A stretch of DNA of 64,000 nucleotides, taken from Candidatus Caldarchaeales archaeon. GTDB taxonomy: Archaea; Thermoproteota; Nitrososphaeria_A; Caldarchaeales; Calditenuaceae. Numbering within the stretch: the first letter of the stretch is position 1; the number at the start of each line of letters is the position of its first letter. The notes below the pieces were generated by a model that searched no databases, was not told the origin of the DNA, and saw only the letters and a list, made by a program, of their open reading frames with translations. Positions 1 to 9,493 of the stretch are shown piece by piece. The translations under genes and the position numbers were made by a program. The stretch covers positions 64,001 through 128,000 of the forward strand of contig JBCNVM010000001.1 in NCBI GenBank assembly GCA_039630085.1, in the 5' to 3' direction.

Positions 1-2
1 TC

Positions 3-1466
3 GAAGGTGATCAGCAGCGGCACCGGGGACGGGTTGAGCTTCCCGATCAGGAAGAAGTGGCCCTCGGGAAGCCTCAGGAGCTGGTCGCTGGAGACGTAAG
101 AGGTCGCGAAGTACTTCTCCGCCTCCGGCGCGTCGAGCGGGTGTATCCTACCTACGAAGAGGGTGTTCAGGTTCCTCCGGACGGCCGCGTTTATCCCGAT
201 CTCTCCAGCGATGCCCTGTGAGATCAGCGTCAGGGCGAGCTTGTAGGACCTCCCCAGCGCGGCGAGCTCCGTCAGCGTCTTCGTGGTCCTCTCCTCGAGC
301 CCCTTCGGCTGCCAGGGGCAGTACTGGGGAGCCTCGTCGATCACCAGCGCCACGTTGAGCTTCTGCTTATTCTCCATCATCCTCTTCAGGTACCTCGCGA
401 TCGAGAGGAAGACGCTCAGCTTCTGCTCCTTCGCGCCGTAGCTCAGGTCCAGGACCAGCAGGTGCTCCCTCCTGAGCCTCTCCATGATCTCGCTCGGCTT
501 CATCTTCCCCATCACGGGCTTCAGGTGCTGCGGGTCGAGGTTGTTGAAGGCCCTCCTCGCCTTCCTGAGGTAGGTGACTCCCCACTTTGATACCTTCCCG
601 CCCTGCTCCAGGTTGTCCTCCGTGATCACCTGCTCCATGCCCTCCAGTAGTCTCTCCTTCGTCTCGAGTTCGTCCTCGCCCTTCCAATCGTAGGTCGCTA
701 TCACCTCCCCGAGGTAGAGCTCGAGCCGCTTCCCGATGTCGCCGCCCCCGAAGTAGTTCAGCGCAGACGTCAGGTAGTCAACGATCGCCTCGTCGTCTAG
801 CTCGACGTCTCCCATGTTCAGGACCTTCTCGGGGTAATGGGGCGCGTAATCGGAGCCCTTCCAGTCGAGGATCAGGACGTCGTAGCCGTTCCTGAGCAGC
901 ATCGGCACGACCTGGTGCCTGCAGAGGAAGGACTTCCCCGACCCCGTGACCCCGAAGATCCCGATATGTGAGGAGATGTACTCCGCCTGGACCGGGACCT
1001 CCCACGTCCTGTACCCGGTCGCGTAGTAGCCGAGCCGCTGCTCCGAAGAGGAGAGGAACCTCATCGGGTTGAACCTCTCGTTGAACCGGTAGACCTTCGA
1101 GCCCGGCGCTATGATAGTCGCGTTCTGCACGATCTTCCCGCTGGTCACGTCCCCGATCGCCACCAGCCTGAAGGCGTAGTACTCCTTCGCGGTGCTTGTC
1201 GTTCCTCCCCTCCTGGCGTAGGCGATCCCCGGCGTGTACCCGGAGGTCCTGAGCGAGTCGTTGACCCCGAAACCGCCCCTGCACACCGCGAGGACCCTGT
1301 TGCCGTTCCTGTTGTCGATGAGGACCAGCGACTCGTTCGTCACGACCTTCTCCATTCCCTCGTAGAGGACGACCAGGCTCTCGTTCTCCTTAGAACCGCT
1401 CGCGACGACTCCGATCTCCTCGAGGCTCCCGGTCAGCCTCTCGAGGTCCAAGGTCTCCTGCTCCAT
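3..1466 (-). CDS. HerA/FtsK-like ATPase (DUF87 family), 3' end runs off the window
   Basis: Manual translation from ATG at 1466: MEQETLDLERLTGSLEEIGVV..., Walker A HIGIFGVTGSGKS, Walker B NVALVIDEAPQY, followed by LGRSYKLALTLISQG. Not in the ORF track because it is truncated by the edge. Confidence 0.85.
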   Translation of the reverse strand, partial: MEQETLDLERLTGSLEEIGVVASGSKENESLVVLYEGMEKVVTNESLVLIDNRNGNRVLAVCRGGFGVNDSLRTSGYTPGIAYARRGGTTSTAKEYYAFRLVAIGDVTSGKIVQNATIIAPGSKVYRFNERFNPMRFLSSSEQRLGYYATGYRTWEVPVQAEYISSHIGIFGVTGSGKSFLCRHQVVPMLLRNGYDVLILDWKGSDYAPHYPEKVLNMGDVELDDEAIVDYLTSALNYFGGGDIGKRLELYLGEVIATYDWKGEDELETKERLLEGMEQVITEDNLEQGGKVSKWGVTYLRKARRAFNNLDPQHLKPVMGKMKPSEIMERLRREHLLVLDLSYGAKEQKLSVFLSIARYLKRMMENKQKLNVALVIDEAPQYCPWQPKGLEERTTKTLTELAALGRSYKLALTLISQGIAGEIGINAAVRRNLNTLFVGRIHPLDAPEAEKYFATSYVSSDQLLRLPEGHFFLIGKLNPSPVPLLITF

Positions 1467-1568
1467 CCTCCCCGGACAGGTCGCGAACCGATAATAAGCT
1501 TAGATCCGGTCGGATATCCGACGCCTTAGGGTGCCGGTTAATAACGACCGCCGGGACATACCCCCGGG

Positions 1569-2612
1569 TTGAACGTCGACGAGGTGCTGGTGGAGCTCCT
1601 GCGGGTCTACACGCCTAGCGGCCAGGAGGCGGCGCTGGAGCCGTTGATGAGGAGGCTCCAGAGGGAGCTGGGCTACGACGAGCTCGAGGTCGACTCGGCG
1701 GGGAACTACCTCTTCGCGAAGGGGAGCGGCGAGAGGACGATACTGTTCGCGGGCCACGTCGACACGGTGCCCGGCATGCTCGAGGTGGTGAGGAGGGGCG
1801 ACAGGATCAAGGGAAGGGGAGCGGTGGACGCGAAGGGCCCGTTCGCGGCGATGCTCTTCGCGGGGTCGAAGGCCGCCGTGCGGAGGGGCTTCAGGCTCGT
1901 GGTGGGAGGACTGGTCGACGAGGAGGGCGAGGGCTCCGGCGCGAAGGCACTCCTCAACTCGGGCTTCAGGGCCGATCACATCGTCATCGGAGAGCCCACC
2001 GGGACCACGGGGGTCGCGATCAGCTACCGGGGCAGCGTAACCCTCGCGCTCACCAGCAGGGGGAGGGGAGGCCACAGCTCGGCCCCTTACATGGGCGACT
2101 CGGCCCTCGACAGACTCCTCGACGCGATAGAGACGATAAGGTCCGTGTTCAACGGGAGGAGTTACGACGAGCCGACCTCCGCGGTCACCGTGATCAGAGC
2201 CGGGGACTGGCCGACGAGGCTCCCCGAGCACGCGGAGGCCGTTGTGAACATCCGGTTCCCGCCCACGGTCGAGACCCGCTCGATACTCGAGAGGGTTGAG
2301 GCGATCTGCTCGCTCTACGACTGCTCCTTCACCGTGAGGGACGTCACCGAGCCCTTCCAGACCAGCGTCTCCCAGCCGGTCCCCAGATCCCTCATCAGGT
2401 CGATGCTCAAGCTGGGAGTCAGGCCGAGGGTCGTGAAGAAGACGGGGAGCAGCGATATGAACGTCCTCTGGAAGCTGACGATGAGCATCTCCGCCTGCGG
2501 CCCGGGCAACTCGCTCCTCGCCCACACCTCCGAGGAGGAGGTCAGCGTCTCGGACCTCGAGCTGGCCTCGAGGATCTACGCTGGAGCCGCGGAGGACCTC
2601 CAGTCCAGATGA
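1569..2612 (+). CDS. lysK: M20 family metallo-hydrolase, [LysW]-lysine/[LysW]-ornithine hydrolase (LysK/ArgE-like)
   Basis: Motifs GHVDTVPG, GRGAVDAKG, DEEG, IGEP, GHSS, GSSDMN, GPGNSLLAHT. Confidence 0.8.
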   Translation: MNVDEVLVELLRVYTPSGQEAALEPLMRRLQRELGYDELEVDSAGNYLFAKGSGERTILFAGHVDTVPGMLEVVRRGDRIKGRGAVDAKGPFAAMLFAGSKAAVRRGFRLVVGGLVDEEGEGSGAKALLNSGFRADHIVIGEPTGTTGVAISYRGSVTLALTSRGRGGHSSAPYMGDSALDRLLDAIETIRSVFNGRSYDEPTSAVTVIRAGDWPTRLPEHAEAVVNIRFPPTVETRSILERVEAICSLYDCSFTVRDVTEPFQTSVSQPVPRSLIRSMLKLGVRPRVVKKTGSSDMNVLWKLTMSISACGPGNSLLAHTSEEEVSVSDLELASRIYAGAAEDLQSR

Positions 2613-2621
2613 TCCCGTCGC

Positions 2622-4046
2622 TCAGGGCCCTCTGAGGAGCCTCTCCCTCGTCCTCGCCATATACCCGAGGGTCTCCTCGGCCCAGGCCCTCAGCTCCCTG
2701 GCCTCCCCCGCGAGCTCCGCGCAGGCCCTCTTGACCTCCTCCGGGTGTGACGATCCGATCGCCCTGTAGGCCCTGAGCGCGCGTCCGGGATCGAGGAAGC
2801 CCCTCAGCATCTCGAGCGACTCCTCGTCGAGCCCCAGTGCCCTCCCCTCGGAGACCACGCGACCGAAGTCCGCGCCCGAGACGACGAGCCTCGAGAGCCT
2901 CGCGGCTATGCCGTGGGCACTCCTGAACCCCATCTTGCCCCTGAGCGCCAGCGCCGCCGCGAACTCGGTCAGCCCCGAGACCGGGTGGACCGCCTCCCTC
3001 GCCCTCTCCGTGACCGAGATCCCCGAGAACATCCCCCTCATGACCCTCAGCGTCTCGAGGACCGACCTCGACGCCGGCCATAGGTGCCTCGTCGACTCCT
3101 GGAGGTCGAGGACGTAGCCGCCGAGCCTGCGGTCGACCGTCGCCACGAACCCCACCATCCCCGCGAGGGCCTTCGGGGAGCAGGTCCTCGCGACCTCCGC
3201 CACGACCGGGTTCCTCTTGTGGGGCATGACGCTGCTGGTGGAGCAGTACTCGTCCCCGATCTCGACGAGTCCCATGCCGACGTACCTCACCACCTCCTCC
3301 GCGAGGTCCGACAGCGCGACAGAGAGCCTGCAGAGCGCGCCGAGATACGTTATCGCGAAGTCCCTAGAAGAGCTGGCCTCGAGGGCGTTTACGGCGACGC
3401 GCCTGAACCCTAGGAGCTCCGAGAGGAGGACGCGGTCGTGGGGGACGGAGGTCCCGCCGACCGGCCCGGCTCCGAGCGGCGACTCGGCGATGTCGTCGTA
3501 GAGGGACTTGAGGACCTTCAGGGACTTCAGGAGCCTTGAGGCGTGGGAGCTCAGGACGAAACCGAACGTCCCGGGAGCCGCTACCTGCTCGTGGGTGAAG
3601 AGCGGGAAGAGGGTCTCCGCGTGGGTTAGGGCCTTCGCGACCAGCTCCTCCGCGAGCCTCGCTCCCTCCCCGACGATCTCGGCGACGTAACGCATCAGCC
3701 TCAGCCTTATCGCCGCCGCGACCGCGTCGTTCCTGCTCTTCCCCAGGGCCAGGTTCTCTCCTGCCTCCGGTGCCAGAGCCTTGAGGTGCTCCTCGATGAC
3801 CATGTGGACGTCCTCGAGCCTGTGGTCGGTCATGGGGAGCGCCGACGGTTCCGCCCTCCTTAGCGCGTCCAGGGCCCTCTCGAGCGTCTCCCGTCCTATC
3901 ACGCCCATCCTCTCGAGGGAGACCAGGTGTGCCGCGTTGACCATCACGACCTCGTCGAAGATCTCCGGGTCGACGTCGAGGGACGAGATGTACCTCGCGA
4001 CCTCCTCGGGCATCTCCGCCTCCAGTCGTCCGGACCTGAACGACAC
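2622..4046 (-). CDS. argH: argininosuccinate lyase
   Basis: EDVH, GKSRND, SPLGAG, SSVMPHKRNP fumarase/ASL signature. Start moved to GTG at 4046 (MSFRSGRL) because the longer ORF overlaps the Lsm gene. Confidence 0.9.
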   Translation of the reverse strand: MSFRSGRLEAEMPEEVARYISSLDVDPEIFDEVVMVNAAHLVSLERMGVIGRETLERALDALRRAEPSALPMTDHRLEDVHMVIEEHLKALAPEAGENLALGKSRNDAVAAAIRLRLMRYVAEIVGEGARLAEELVAKALTHAETLFPLFTHEQVAAPGTFGFVLSSHASRLLKSLKVLKSLYDDIAESPLGAGPVGGTSVPHDRVLLSELLGFRRVAVNALEASSSRDFAITYLGALCRLSVALSDLAEEVVRYVGMGLVEIGDEYCSTSSVMPHKRNPVVAEVARTCSPKALAGMVGFVATVDRRLGGYVLDLQESTRHLWPASRSVLETLRVMRGMFSGISVTERAREAVHPVSGLTEFAAALALRGKMGFRSAHGIAARLSRLVVSGADFGRVVSEGRALGLDEESLEMLRGFLDPGRALRAYRAIGSSHPEEVKRACAELAGEARELRAWAEETLGYMARTRERLLRGP

Positions 4047-4145
4047 GGCCCTTCGGGGACCGAGCCCGTTATCACCGTTTTCCCGTCCCGTCCTCTGTTG
4101 CCAGCAGATTAATATGGACCGTTCAGGCGAAGACCGTGTGCGGAC

Positions 4146-4394
4146 ATGTCGGCCGACATCACGCTGAAGCTCCTGAACAGGAGCCTCGGGAACCAGGTGC
4201 TGATCAAGCTGAGGAGCGGCAGGATGATAAGGGGGGTCCTGATAGGCTTCGATCAGCACATGAACGTCGTCCTGAACCCCGCGGAGGAGGTCAACCAAGA
4301 CGGGAGCGCGAACAGGCTGGGCACGGTCATCCTGAGGGGCGACAACATCGTGATGATCTCCCCCGGCCAGCTGAGGGAGGATGAGCAGAGGTGA
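4146..4394 (+). CDS. Sm-like (Lsm/SmAP1) RNA-binding protein
   Basis: Sm1 motif GVLIGFDQHMNVVL, Sm2 motif ILRGDNI; directly upstream of rpl37e as in many archaea. Confidence 0.92.
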   Translation: MSADITLKLLNRSLGNQVLIKLRSGRMIRGVLIGFDQHMNVVLNPAEEVNQDGSANRLGTVILRGDNIVMISPGQLREDEQR

Positions 4395-4564
4395 CGAAGG
4401 GAACCCCCTCGATGGGGAAGTTCAAGACGCCGACGCACGCGAGGTGCCGGAGGTGCGGAAGGAGGTCCTTCCACTACAGGTCGAGGAGGTGCGCGCACTG
4501 CGGCTTCCCCGACCCGAAGTGGAGGAAGTACAGGTGGACGAATAGCCTGAAGGAGAGGACGTAA
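4391..4564 (+). CDS. rpl37e: 50S ribosomal protein eL37 (L37e)
   Basis: Manual translation from GTG: MTKGTPSMGKFKTPTHARCRRCGRRSFHYRSRRCAHCGFPDPKWRKYRW (C4 zinc finger); below the ORF-track length cutoff. Confidence 0.95.
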   Translation: MTKGTPSMGKFKTPTHARCRRCGRRSFHYRSRRCAHCGFPDPKWRKYRWTNSLKERT

Positions 4565-4569
4565 TCGCC

Positions 4570-5154
4570 TCAGAGCCTCGCAAGCTCCTCCAACAGCTCC
4601 AGGACCTTCCTCCCGCTCTCCGTGAGCCTGTAGGTCCTACCCCGCTCGTCGACCAGCTCTATCAGCCCATACTTGCCCAAGACCTCGACGTGCCTGTCGA
4701 CGGTCTTCCAGTCCATCCCCAGCTCCTCCGCGAGCTGGTTCCTGTTCATGGGCTCGTTCAGCCTCTTGAGGATCTCGACCCTAGTCCTCGCGCCCTTCAT
4801 CCTGACCAGCAGCCTGAAGACGTCGTAGTCGAAGTAACTCCTCGTCCAGACCCTCCTCACGTAACCCTTGAACGCCACCATCCCCGCGAAGGCCGCCCAC
4901 GTGCCTGCCGCGCCGACCAGCAGGGCCGGAGACGGTCCGGACGCGACCAAGGCCCCCTCCCTCCCGAACGCCCTCGCGACTCCTGCTTCGTCCCGCCTCT
5001 CCTCCCCCTCCCGCTCCGGGACTTGAGCGGGCTGCTGCGGAGGCCAAGACGTGACCAGCAGCAGGCTGAGGGCTACCGCCGCGACGGCCAGCGCTACCGT
5101 CGCATAATCGTACCACCTGCTCGTCACCGCGACGACCGCCCTCTCCACCCTCAA
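4570..5154 (-). CDS. membrane-anchored winged-helix (ArsR-like) transcription regulator
   Basis: Two hydrophobic N-terminal segments, then wHTH TRVEILKRLNEPMNRNQLAEELGMDWKTVDRHVEVLGKYGLI...YRLTESGR. Confidence 0.8.
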   Translation of the reverse strand: MRVERAVVAVTSRWYDYATVALAVAAVALSLLLVTSWPPQQPAQVPEREGEERRDEAGVARAFGREGALVASGPSPALLVGAAGTWAAFAGMVAFKGYVRRVWTRSYFDYDVFRLLVRMKGARTRVEILKRLNEPMNRNQLAEELGMDWKTVDRHVEVLGKYGLIELVDERGRTYRLTESGRKVLELLEELARL

Positions 5155-5177
5155 CCCCGATCTCCTGACACGTCGGT

Positions 5178-5204
5178 GAATATTTCTGAATTTTCCCGAA
5201 TTTC
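5178..5204. promoter_or_regulatory. three 10-bp-phased GAAT(A/T)TT direct repeats in a divergent promoter region (candidate operator)
   Basis: GAATATTT at 5178, GAATTTT at 5188, GAATTT at 5198, in an AT-rich gap between divergent genes. Confidence 0.45.
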
Positions 5205-5261
5205 ATAGCAACTGTAACGCTCTGGCAAAAGTAGACATATACACTGCGCGGTAGTTTAGTC

Positions 5262-6026
5262 GTGAGCGGTGGGACCGGATTGAGCAGGGCATTAGACCTA
5301 GCGCTGATCGCTGCGATAGTGGTGCTCGCGTTCGGACTGGTGGTGCTGGCGTCGGGCGACAGGACCGTGCAGGTGGTCTCGAGGAACGAAGGCAAGGACT
5401 ACACGATTACGGTCACGGGCTCGGCCTCGGCGAGGGTCGTCCCCGATGAGGCCAGGGTAATCGTGGGAGTCGTGGCTAAGGCGCAGAGCGCGTCGGAGGC
5501 GATGGGGCTCGCTTCGGAGGCGGCGAACAGGGTGATCTCGGCGCTGACCAGATTGGGGCTCAGAGAGGGGGACCTCAAGACCGTCAGACTCCACGTCGGG
5601 CCCTACTACGACTGCAGCTCCGGCCGGTGCGTGCAGAGCGGTTACGTCGCGAACAACATGATCGAGGTGACGCTGAGGGGCGCTTTCGTGGGCAGAGCGG
5701 GCGAGGTACTCGACGCGGCCGTGAACGCGGGAGCGAACGAGATCTTCGGCGTGAGTTTCTACGTCTCCAAGGAGATGAGGAGCCAAATGGCGAAGGACCT
5801 GCTAAGGGCTGCGGTCTCGGACGCCCGCGCGAAGGCCGAGCAGGTCGCGAGGGAGCTCGGGCTCAGGGTAGTGGGCGTTTCATGGGTAAGCGTGGACCTC
5901 CAAGAGCCGCTCCCGCAGGCCGTCCCCGCCGAGGGGGTGCGCGCCGCTCCGGAGACAGTGCCCGTGATGCCCGGCGAGCAGGAGTTCAGGGTGACGGTCT
6001 CGGTATCCTTCAGAATCGGCGACTAG
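5262..6026 (+). CDS. SIMPL domain (DUF541) membrane-anchored/exported protein
   Basis: N-terminal TM/signal, TITVTGSASARVVPDEA, AVNAGANEI, AVSDARAKAEQVA, PGEQEFRVTVSVSF. Confidence 0.88.
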   Translation: MSGGTGLSRALDLALIAAIVVLAFGLVVLASGDRTVQVVSRNEGKDYTITVTGSASARVVPDEARVIVGVVAKAQSASEAMGLASEAANRVISALTRLGLREGDLKTVRLHVGPYYDCSSGRCVQSGYVANNMIEVTLRGAFVGRAGEVLDAAVNAGANEIFGVSFYVSKEMRSQMAKDLLRAAVSDARAKAEQVARELGLRVVGVSWVSVDLQEPLPQAVPAEGVRAAPETVPVMPGEQEFRVTVSVSFRIGD

Positions 6027-8740
6027 GAGCTCAAGAGCTTCCTCAACACGTAGTTCAGAATTCCTCCGTTTCTGTAGTACTCGACCTCAATCGGGGTGTC
6101 GAGCCTCGCTATCGCGTTGAACTCGATGACCGAACCGTCGGCCTTCTTAGCCCTTACCAACAGCCTCTTCCTCGGGTGAAGGCCCTCGGAGATCCCGAGG
6201 ACGTCGATGGTCTCGGTCCCGTCGAGCCCCAAGCTCTTCCAGCTCTGGCCTTGCTCGAACTGGAGCGGAAGGACCCCCATTCCGACGAGGTTGCTCCTGT
6301 GGATCCTCTCGAAGCTCTCGGCGATCACGACCTTCACCCCGAGCAGATGGACGCCCTTAGCCGCCCAGTCCCTCGAGCTGCCGGTTCCGTACTGTTTGCC
6401 CGCGAGGACCAAGAGCGGCACCCCCTCGTCCCTGTACCTCATTGCGGCCTCGTAAACGCTCGTCACCTCTCCGGTCGGGAGGTATTTGGTCCACCAGCCC
6501 TCCCTCCCGGGGACCAGGAGGTTCTTCAGCCTCACGTTCGCGAACGTGCCCCTCATCATCACCTCGTGGTTGCCCCTCCTCGCGCCGTAGGTGTTGAAGT
6601 CGTCGGGCGTCACCCCGAGGGACCTCAGGTACTCTCCGGCGGGGCTCCCGGGCAGTATCGCTCCGGCGGGCGAGATGTGGTCGGTCGTGATCCTGTCGCC
6701 GAGCAGGACGAGGACTCTGGCTCCGACGATGTCCTCGGGTTCCTTAGGCTTCAGCGAGAAGCCCTCGAAGAAGGGCGGCTCCCTGATGTATGTCGAGCTC
6801 GGGTCCCACTCGAAGACCTCGCCGGTCGGGGCCTCGAGCGCCCTCCACCTCTCGTCGCCCCTGAAGACGTCCGCGTACTTCCTCCTGAAGAGCTCGGGGC
6901 TGACGGACCTCTCTATCACGTCCGCGATCTCCCTCATCGAGGGCCAGATGTCCCTCAGGTAGACCGGCTTCCCCTCCCCGTCGAGGGCCAGAGGCTCCTC
7001 CGTGACGTCGATGTCGACCCTGCCCGCTATCGCGTACGCCACGACCAGCATCGGAGAGGCCAGGAAGTTGCCCCTGACCTGCGGGTGAATCCTTCCCTCG
7101 AAGTTCCTGTTGCCGCTCAGGACGGAGAACGTGATCAGGTTGTGCCTCTCGATCGCCTCCGCGACCGGCTGGGGCAGAGGGCCGCTGTTCCCGATGCAGG
7201 TGGTGCACCCGTAGCCCACCAGCGTGAACCCCAGTTTCTCGAGGTACCGGTAGAGCCCAGTCTCTCTGAGGTACTCCATGACGACCTGGGACCCAGGCGC
7301 GAGACTCGTCTTGACGTAAGCGGGGACCGAAAGCCCCCTCTCGACGGCCTTCTTCGCGAGGAGCCCGGCGCCGACCATCACGGTAGGGTTGGAGGTGTTG
7401 GTGCAGCTCGTGATCGCCGCGATCACCAACGACCCGTCCCTGAGCTCATGGGTCTGCCCGTTCAGCGTCACCTTGACGGAGACCGCTCCGGCAGTCCCCG
7501 CGCCCCCTTCGCCCTCCCACCTGTTGACGCCAACCTCCTGCGCCGCGAGGCCCCTGCTCCTCCTGACGTACTCCGTGACGATCCTCTTCAGCCGTTTGAT
7601 GTCCAGCCTGTCCTCGGGGTTCGCGGGCCCCGCGAGGCTCGGCTCCACGCCCGAGAGGTCCAGCTCGACGACCTCGGTGTACGCCCCCCTCCACTCGTAG
7701 TCCTCCAGGAACAGCCTCTGCACCCTCGCGTAGGCCTCGACGAGCCTCACCCTCTCCTCGCTCCTCCCGGTCAGCCTGAGGTAGGAGAGCGTGTGACCGT
7801 CGATCGGGAAGAAGCCCACCGTCGCTCCGTACTCGGGGGCCATGTTCGCGACCGTCGCCCTGTCGGGGACCGTGATGTTCCTGAGGCCCGGCCCGAAGAA
7901 CTCGACGAACTTCCCCACCACGTCGTTCTTCCTGAGGAGCTCCGTCACCGTGAGGACGAGGTCCGTCGCGGTCACGCCCTCCCTCAGCTCCCCGACCAGC
8001 CTCACGCCCACGACCTCGGGCACCGTCATGTAGTAGGGCTGGCCGAGCATCACGGCCTCCGCCTCTATCCCGCCAACTCCCCACCCGAGGACCCCGAGGC
8101 CGTTTACCATCGGCGTGTGCGAGTCGGTGCCGAGGACCGTGTCTGGGAAGGCGACCCTGAACCCGTCCTGGACCCTGTCGTCGACGACGGTCGCTAGGTA
8201 CTCGAGGTTCACCTGGTGGACGATCCCTGTTCCCGGAGGGACGACCTGGAAGTTCGAGAAGGCGTTCTGGGCCCACTTCAGCAGCTGGTATCTCTCCCTG
8301 TTCCTCTCGTACTCGAGCTCGAGGTTGAGGGCGAAGGCGTCGGCCCTCCTGAAGAAGTCGACCTGGATCGAGTGGTCGACGACCAGGTGGACCGGGACCT
8401 GCGGGTTGATCAGCCTCGGATCCCTGTTCAGCCTCTTCGCGACGCCCCTCATGGCCGCGAGGTCTACGATCAGCGGGACTCCTGTGAAGTCCTGGAGGAG
8501 GACTCTGCTCGGGTAGAAGGGGATCTCCTCGACCGTGCTAGGTCCGGCGCCCCAGTGCCCCACCGCCCTTACCTCATCCTCGGTGACCACGCCGTTGCCG
8601 AGGTGCCTGTAGAGGTTCTCGAGCAGCACCCTGACCGAGAAAGGTAATTTGTCGACGTCCTTCGCGAGCCCGACCTCCTCGAGCTCCCTCAGAGGGTAGT
8701 ACCTGAACTTCCCAAAGGGAAGGCCCAGCTCCCCCGGCAT
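6023..8740 (-). CDS. acnA: aconitate hydratase AcnA
   Basis: LLQDFTGVP, DHS, GTDSHT, AAITSCTNTSNP, GCTTCIGNSG, DHISPAG, GSSRDWAAKG. Confidence 0.97.
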   Translation of the reverse strand: MPGELGLPFGKFRYYPLRELEEVGLAKDVDKLPFSVRVLLENLYRHLGNGVVTEDEVRAVGHWGAGPSTVEEIPFYPSRVLLQDFTGVPLIVDLAAMRGVAKRLNRDPRLINPQVPVHLVVDHSIQVDFFRRADAFALNLELEYERNRERYQLLKWAQNAFSNFQVVPPGTGIVHQVNLEYLATVVDDRVQDGFRVAFPDTVLGTDSHTPMVNGLGVLGWGVGGIEAEAVMLGQPYYMTVPEVVGVRLVGELREGVTATDLVLTVTELLRKNDVVGKFVEFFGPGLRNITVPDRATVANMAPEYGATVGFFPIDGHTLSYLRLTGRSEERVRLVEAYARVQRLFLEDYEWRGAYTEVVELDLSGVEPSLAGPANPEDRLDIKRLKRIVTEYVRRSRGLAAQEVGVNRWEGEGGAGTAGAVSVKVTLNGQTHELRDGSLVIAAITSCTNTSNPTVMVGAGLLAKKAVERGLSVPAYVKTSLAPGSQVVMEYLRETGLYRYLEKLGFTLVGYGCTTCIGNSGPLPQPVAEAIERHNLITFSVLSGNRNFEGRIHPQVRGNFLASPMLVVAYAIAGRVDIDVTEEPLALDGEGKPVYLRDIWPSMREIADVIERSVSPELFRRKYADVFRGDERWRALEAPTGEVFEWDPSSTYIREPPFFEGFSLKPKEPEDIVGARVLVLLGDRITTDHISPAGAILPGSPAGEYLRSLGVTPDDFNTYGARRGNHEVMMRGTFANVRLKNLLVPGREGWWTKYLPTGEVTSVYEAAMRYRDEGVPLLVLAGKQYGTGSSRDWAAKGVHLLGVKVVIAESFERIHRSNLVGMGVLPLQFEQGQSWKSLGLDGTETIDVLGISEGLHPRKRLLVRAKKADGSVIEFNAIARLDTPIEVEYYRNGGILNYVLRKLLSS

Positions 8741-8801
8741 CCCGCACCGGTCGCTCAGACGCTCGTTATATAAGTTGAGACCCGGAGCGGAGGACGCGAG
8801 C

Positions 8802-9410
8802 TCACCTGCGGGCGCAGACGCCGACGAAGTTCCTCAGGACCCTCCTCCCGGTCTCGCCGGACTTCTCGGGGTGGAACTGAGTGCCGAAGACGTTGCCGGA
8901 CCCGACGATCGATGGGAACGCGTAGCCGCCGTACTCCGTCGTCGCGAGGACGATCGAGCGGTCCCTAGGATCGGGCGCGTAGGAGTGGACGAAGTAGACC
9001 CAATCGCCCGAGGAGATCCCCTCGAGGAGTTCAGACTCCCTGATGACTCTGAGCCTGTTCCAGCCGATGTGCGGGAGCTTCGCCGAGGTCCTCAGCCTCA
9101 CCACCCTTCCCCCGAAGACCGAGAGCCCCCTCCCCTCTCCCTCCTCGCTCCCCTCGAAGAGCAGCTGCATCCCGAGGCAGATCCCGAGCGTCGGCGTGCC
9201 CGAGCCCACCAGCTCGAGGACCGCGTCCCTCTGGGCCGCGAGGTTGACTGCCCCCTCCGTGAAGTTCCCGACGCCGGGCAGCACGAGCCCGTCGAGCTCC
9301 GCCCGGTCGAGGGACTCGAGCAGCTCGACCTCGGCGCCCAGCCTCCTGAGGGCGCTGACGACGCTGAAGAGGTTCCCGACGCCGTAGTTCAGGACGCCTA
9401 TCCTCGGCAA
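8802..9410 (-). CDS. hisH: imidazole glycerol phosphate synthase glutamine amidotransferase subunit
   Basis: GN-x-x-SV, LPGVGNF, LGICLGMQLL, PHIGWN, YFVHSY, QFHPEKS. Confidence 0.95.
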   Translation of the reverse strand: MPRIGVLNYGVGNLFSVVSALRRLGAEVELLESLDRAELDGLVLPGVGNFTEGAVNLAAQRDAVLELVGSGTPTLGICLGMQLLFEGSEEGEGRGLSVFGGRVVRLRTSAKLPHIGWNRLRVIRESELLEGISSGDWVYFVHSYAPDPRDRSIVLATTEYGGYAFPSIVGSGNVFGTQFHPEKSGETGRRVLRNFVGVCARR

Positions 9411-9493
9411 CCTCAGGATCGGGCCCCAGGGGCGCTAAAGAGGTTATTCACGGTTCAAATCCTCCGGGAGCCGGTATGGATCGGGTGGTCGGG

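Noticed and set aside
4146-4564. Lsm-rpl37e pairing and second Lsm next to mat
   Set aside because: Known conserved archaeal gene neighbourhoods; not novel
5627-8197. 856-aa + strand ORF and many other long alternative-frame ORFs (e.g. 20803-22470, 23518-24906, 51038-52477)
   Set aside because: Shadow ORFs antisense or out of frame to clear housekeeping genes; expected in high-GC DNA, with Arg/Pro/Gly-rich nonsense composition
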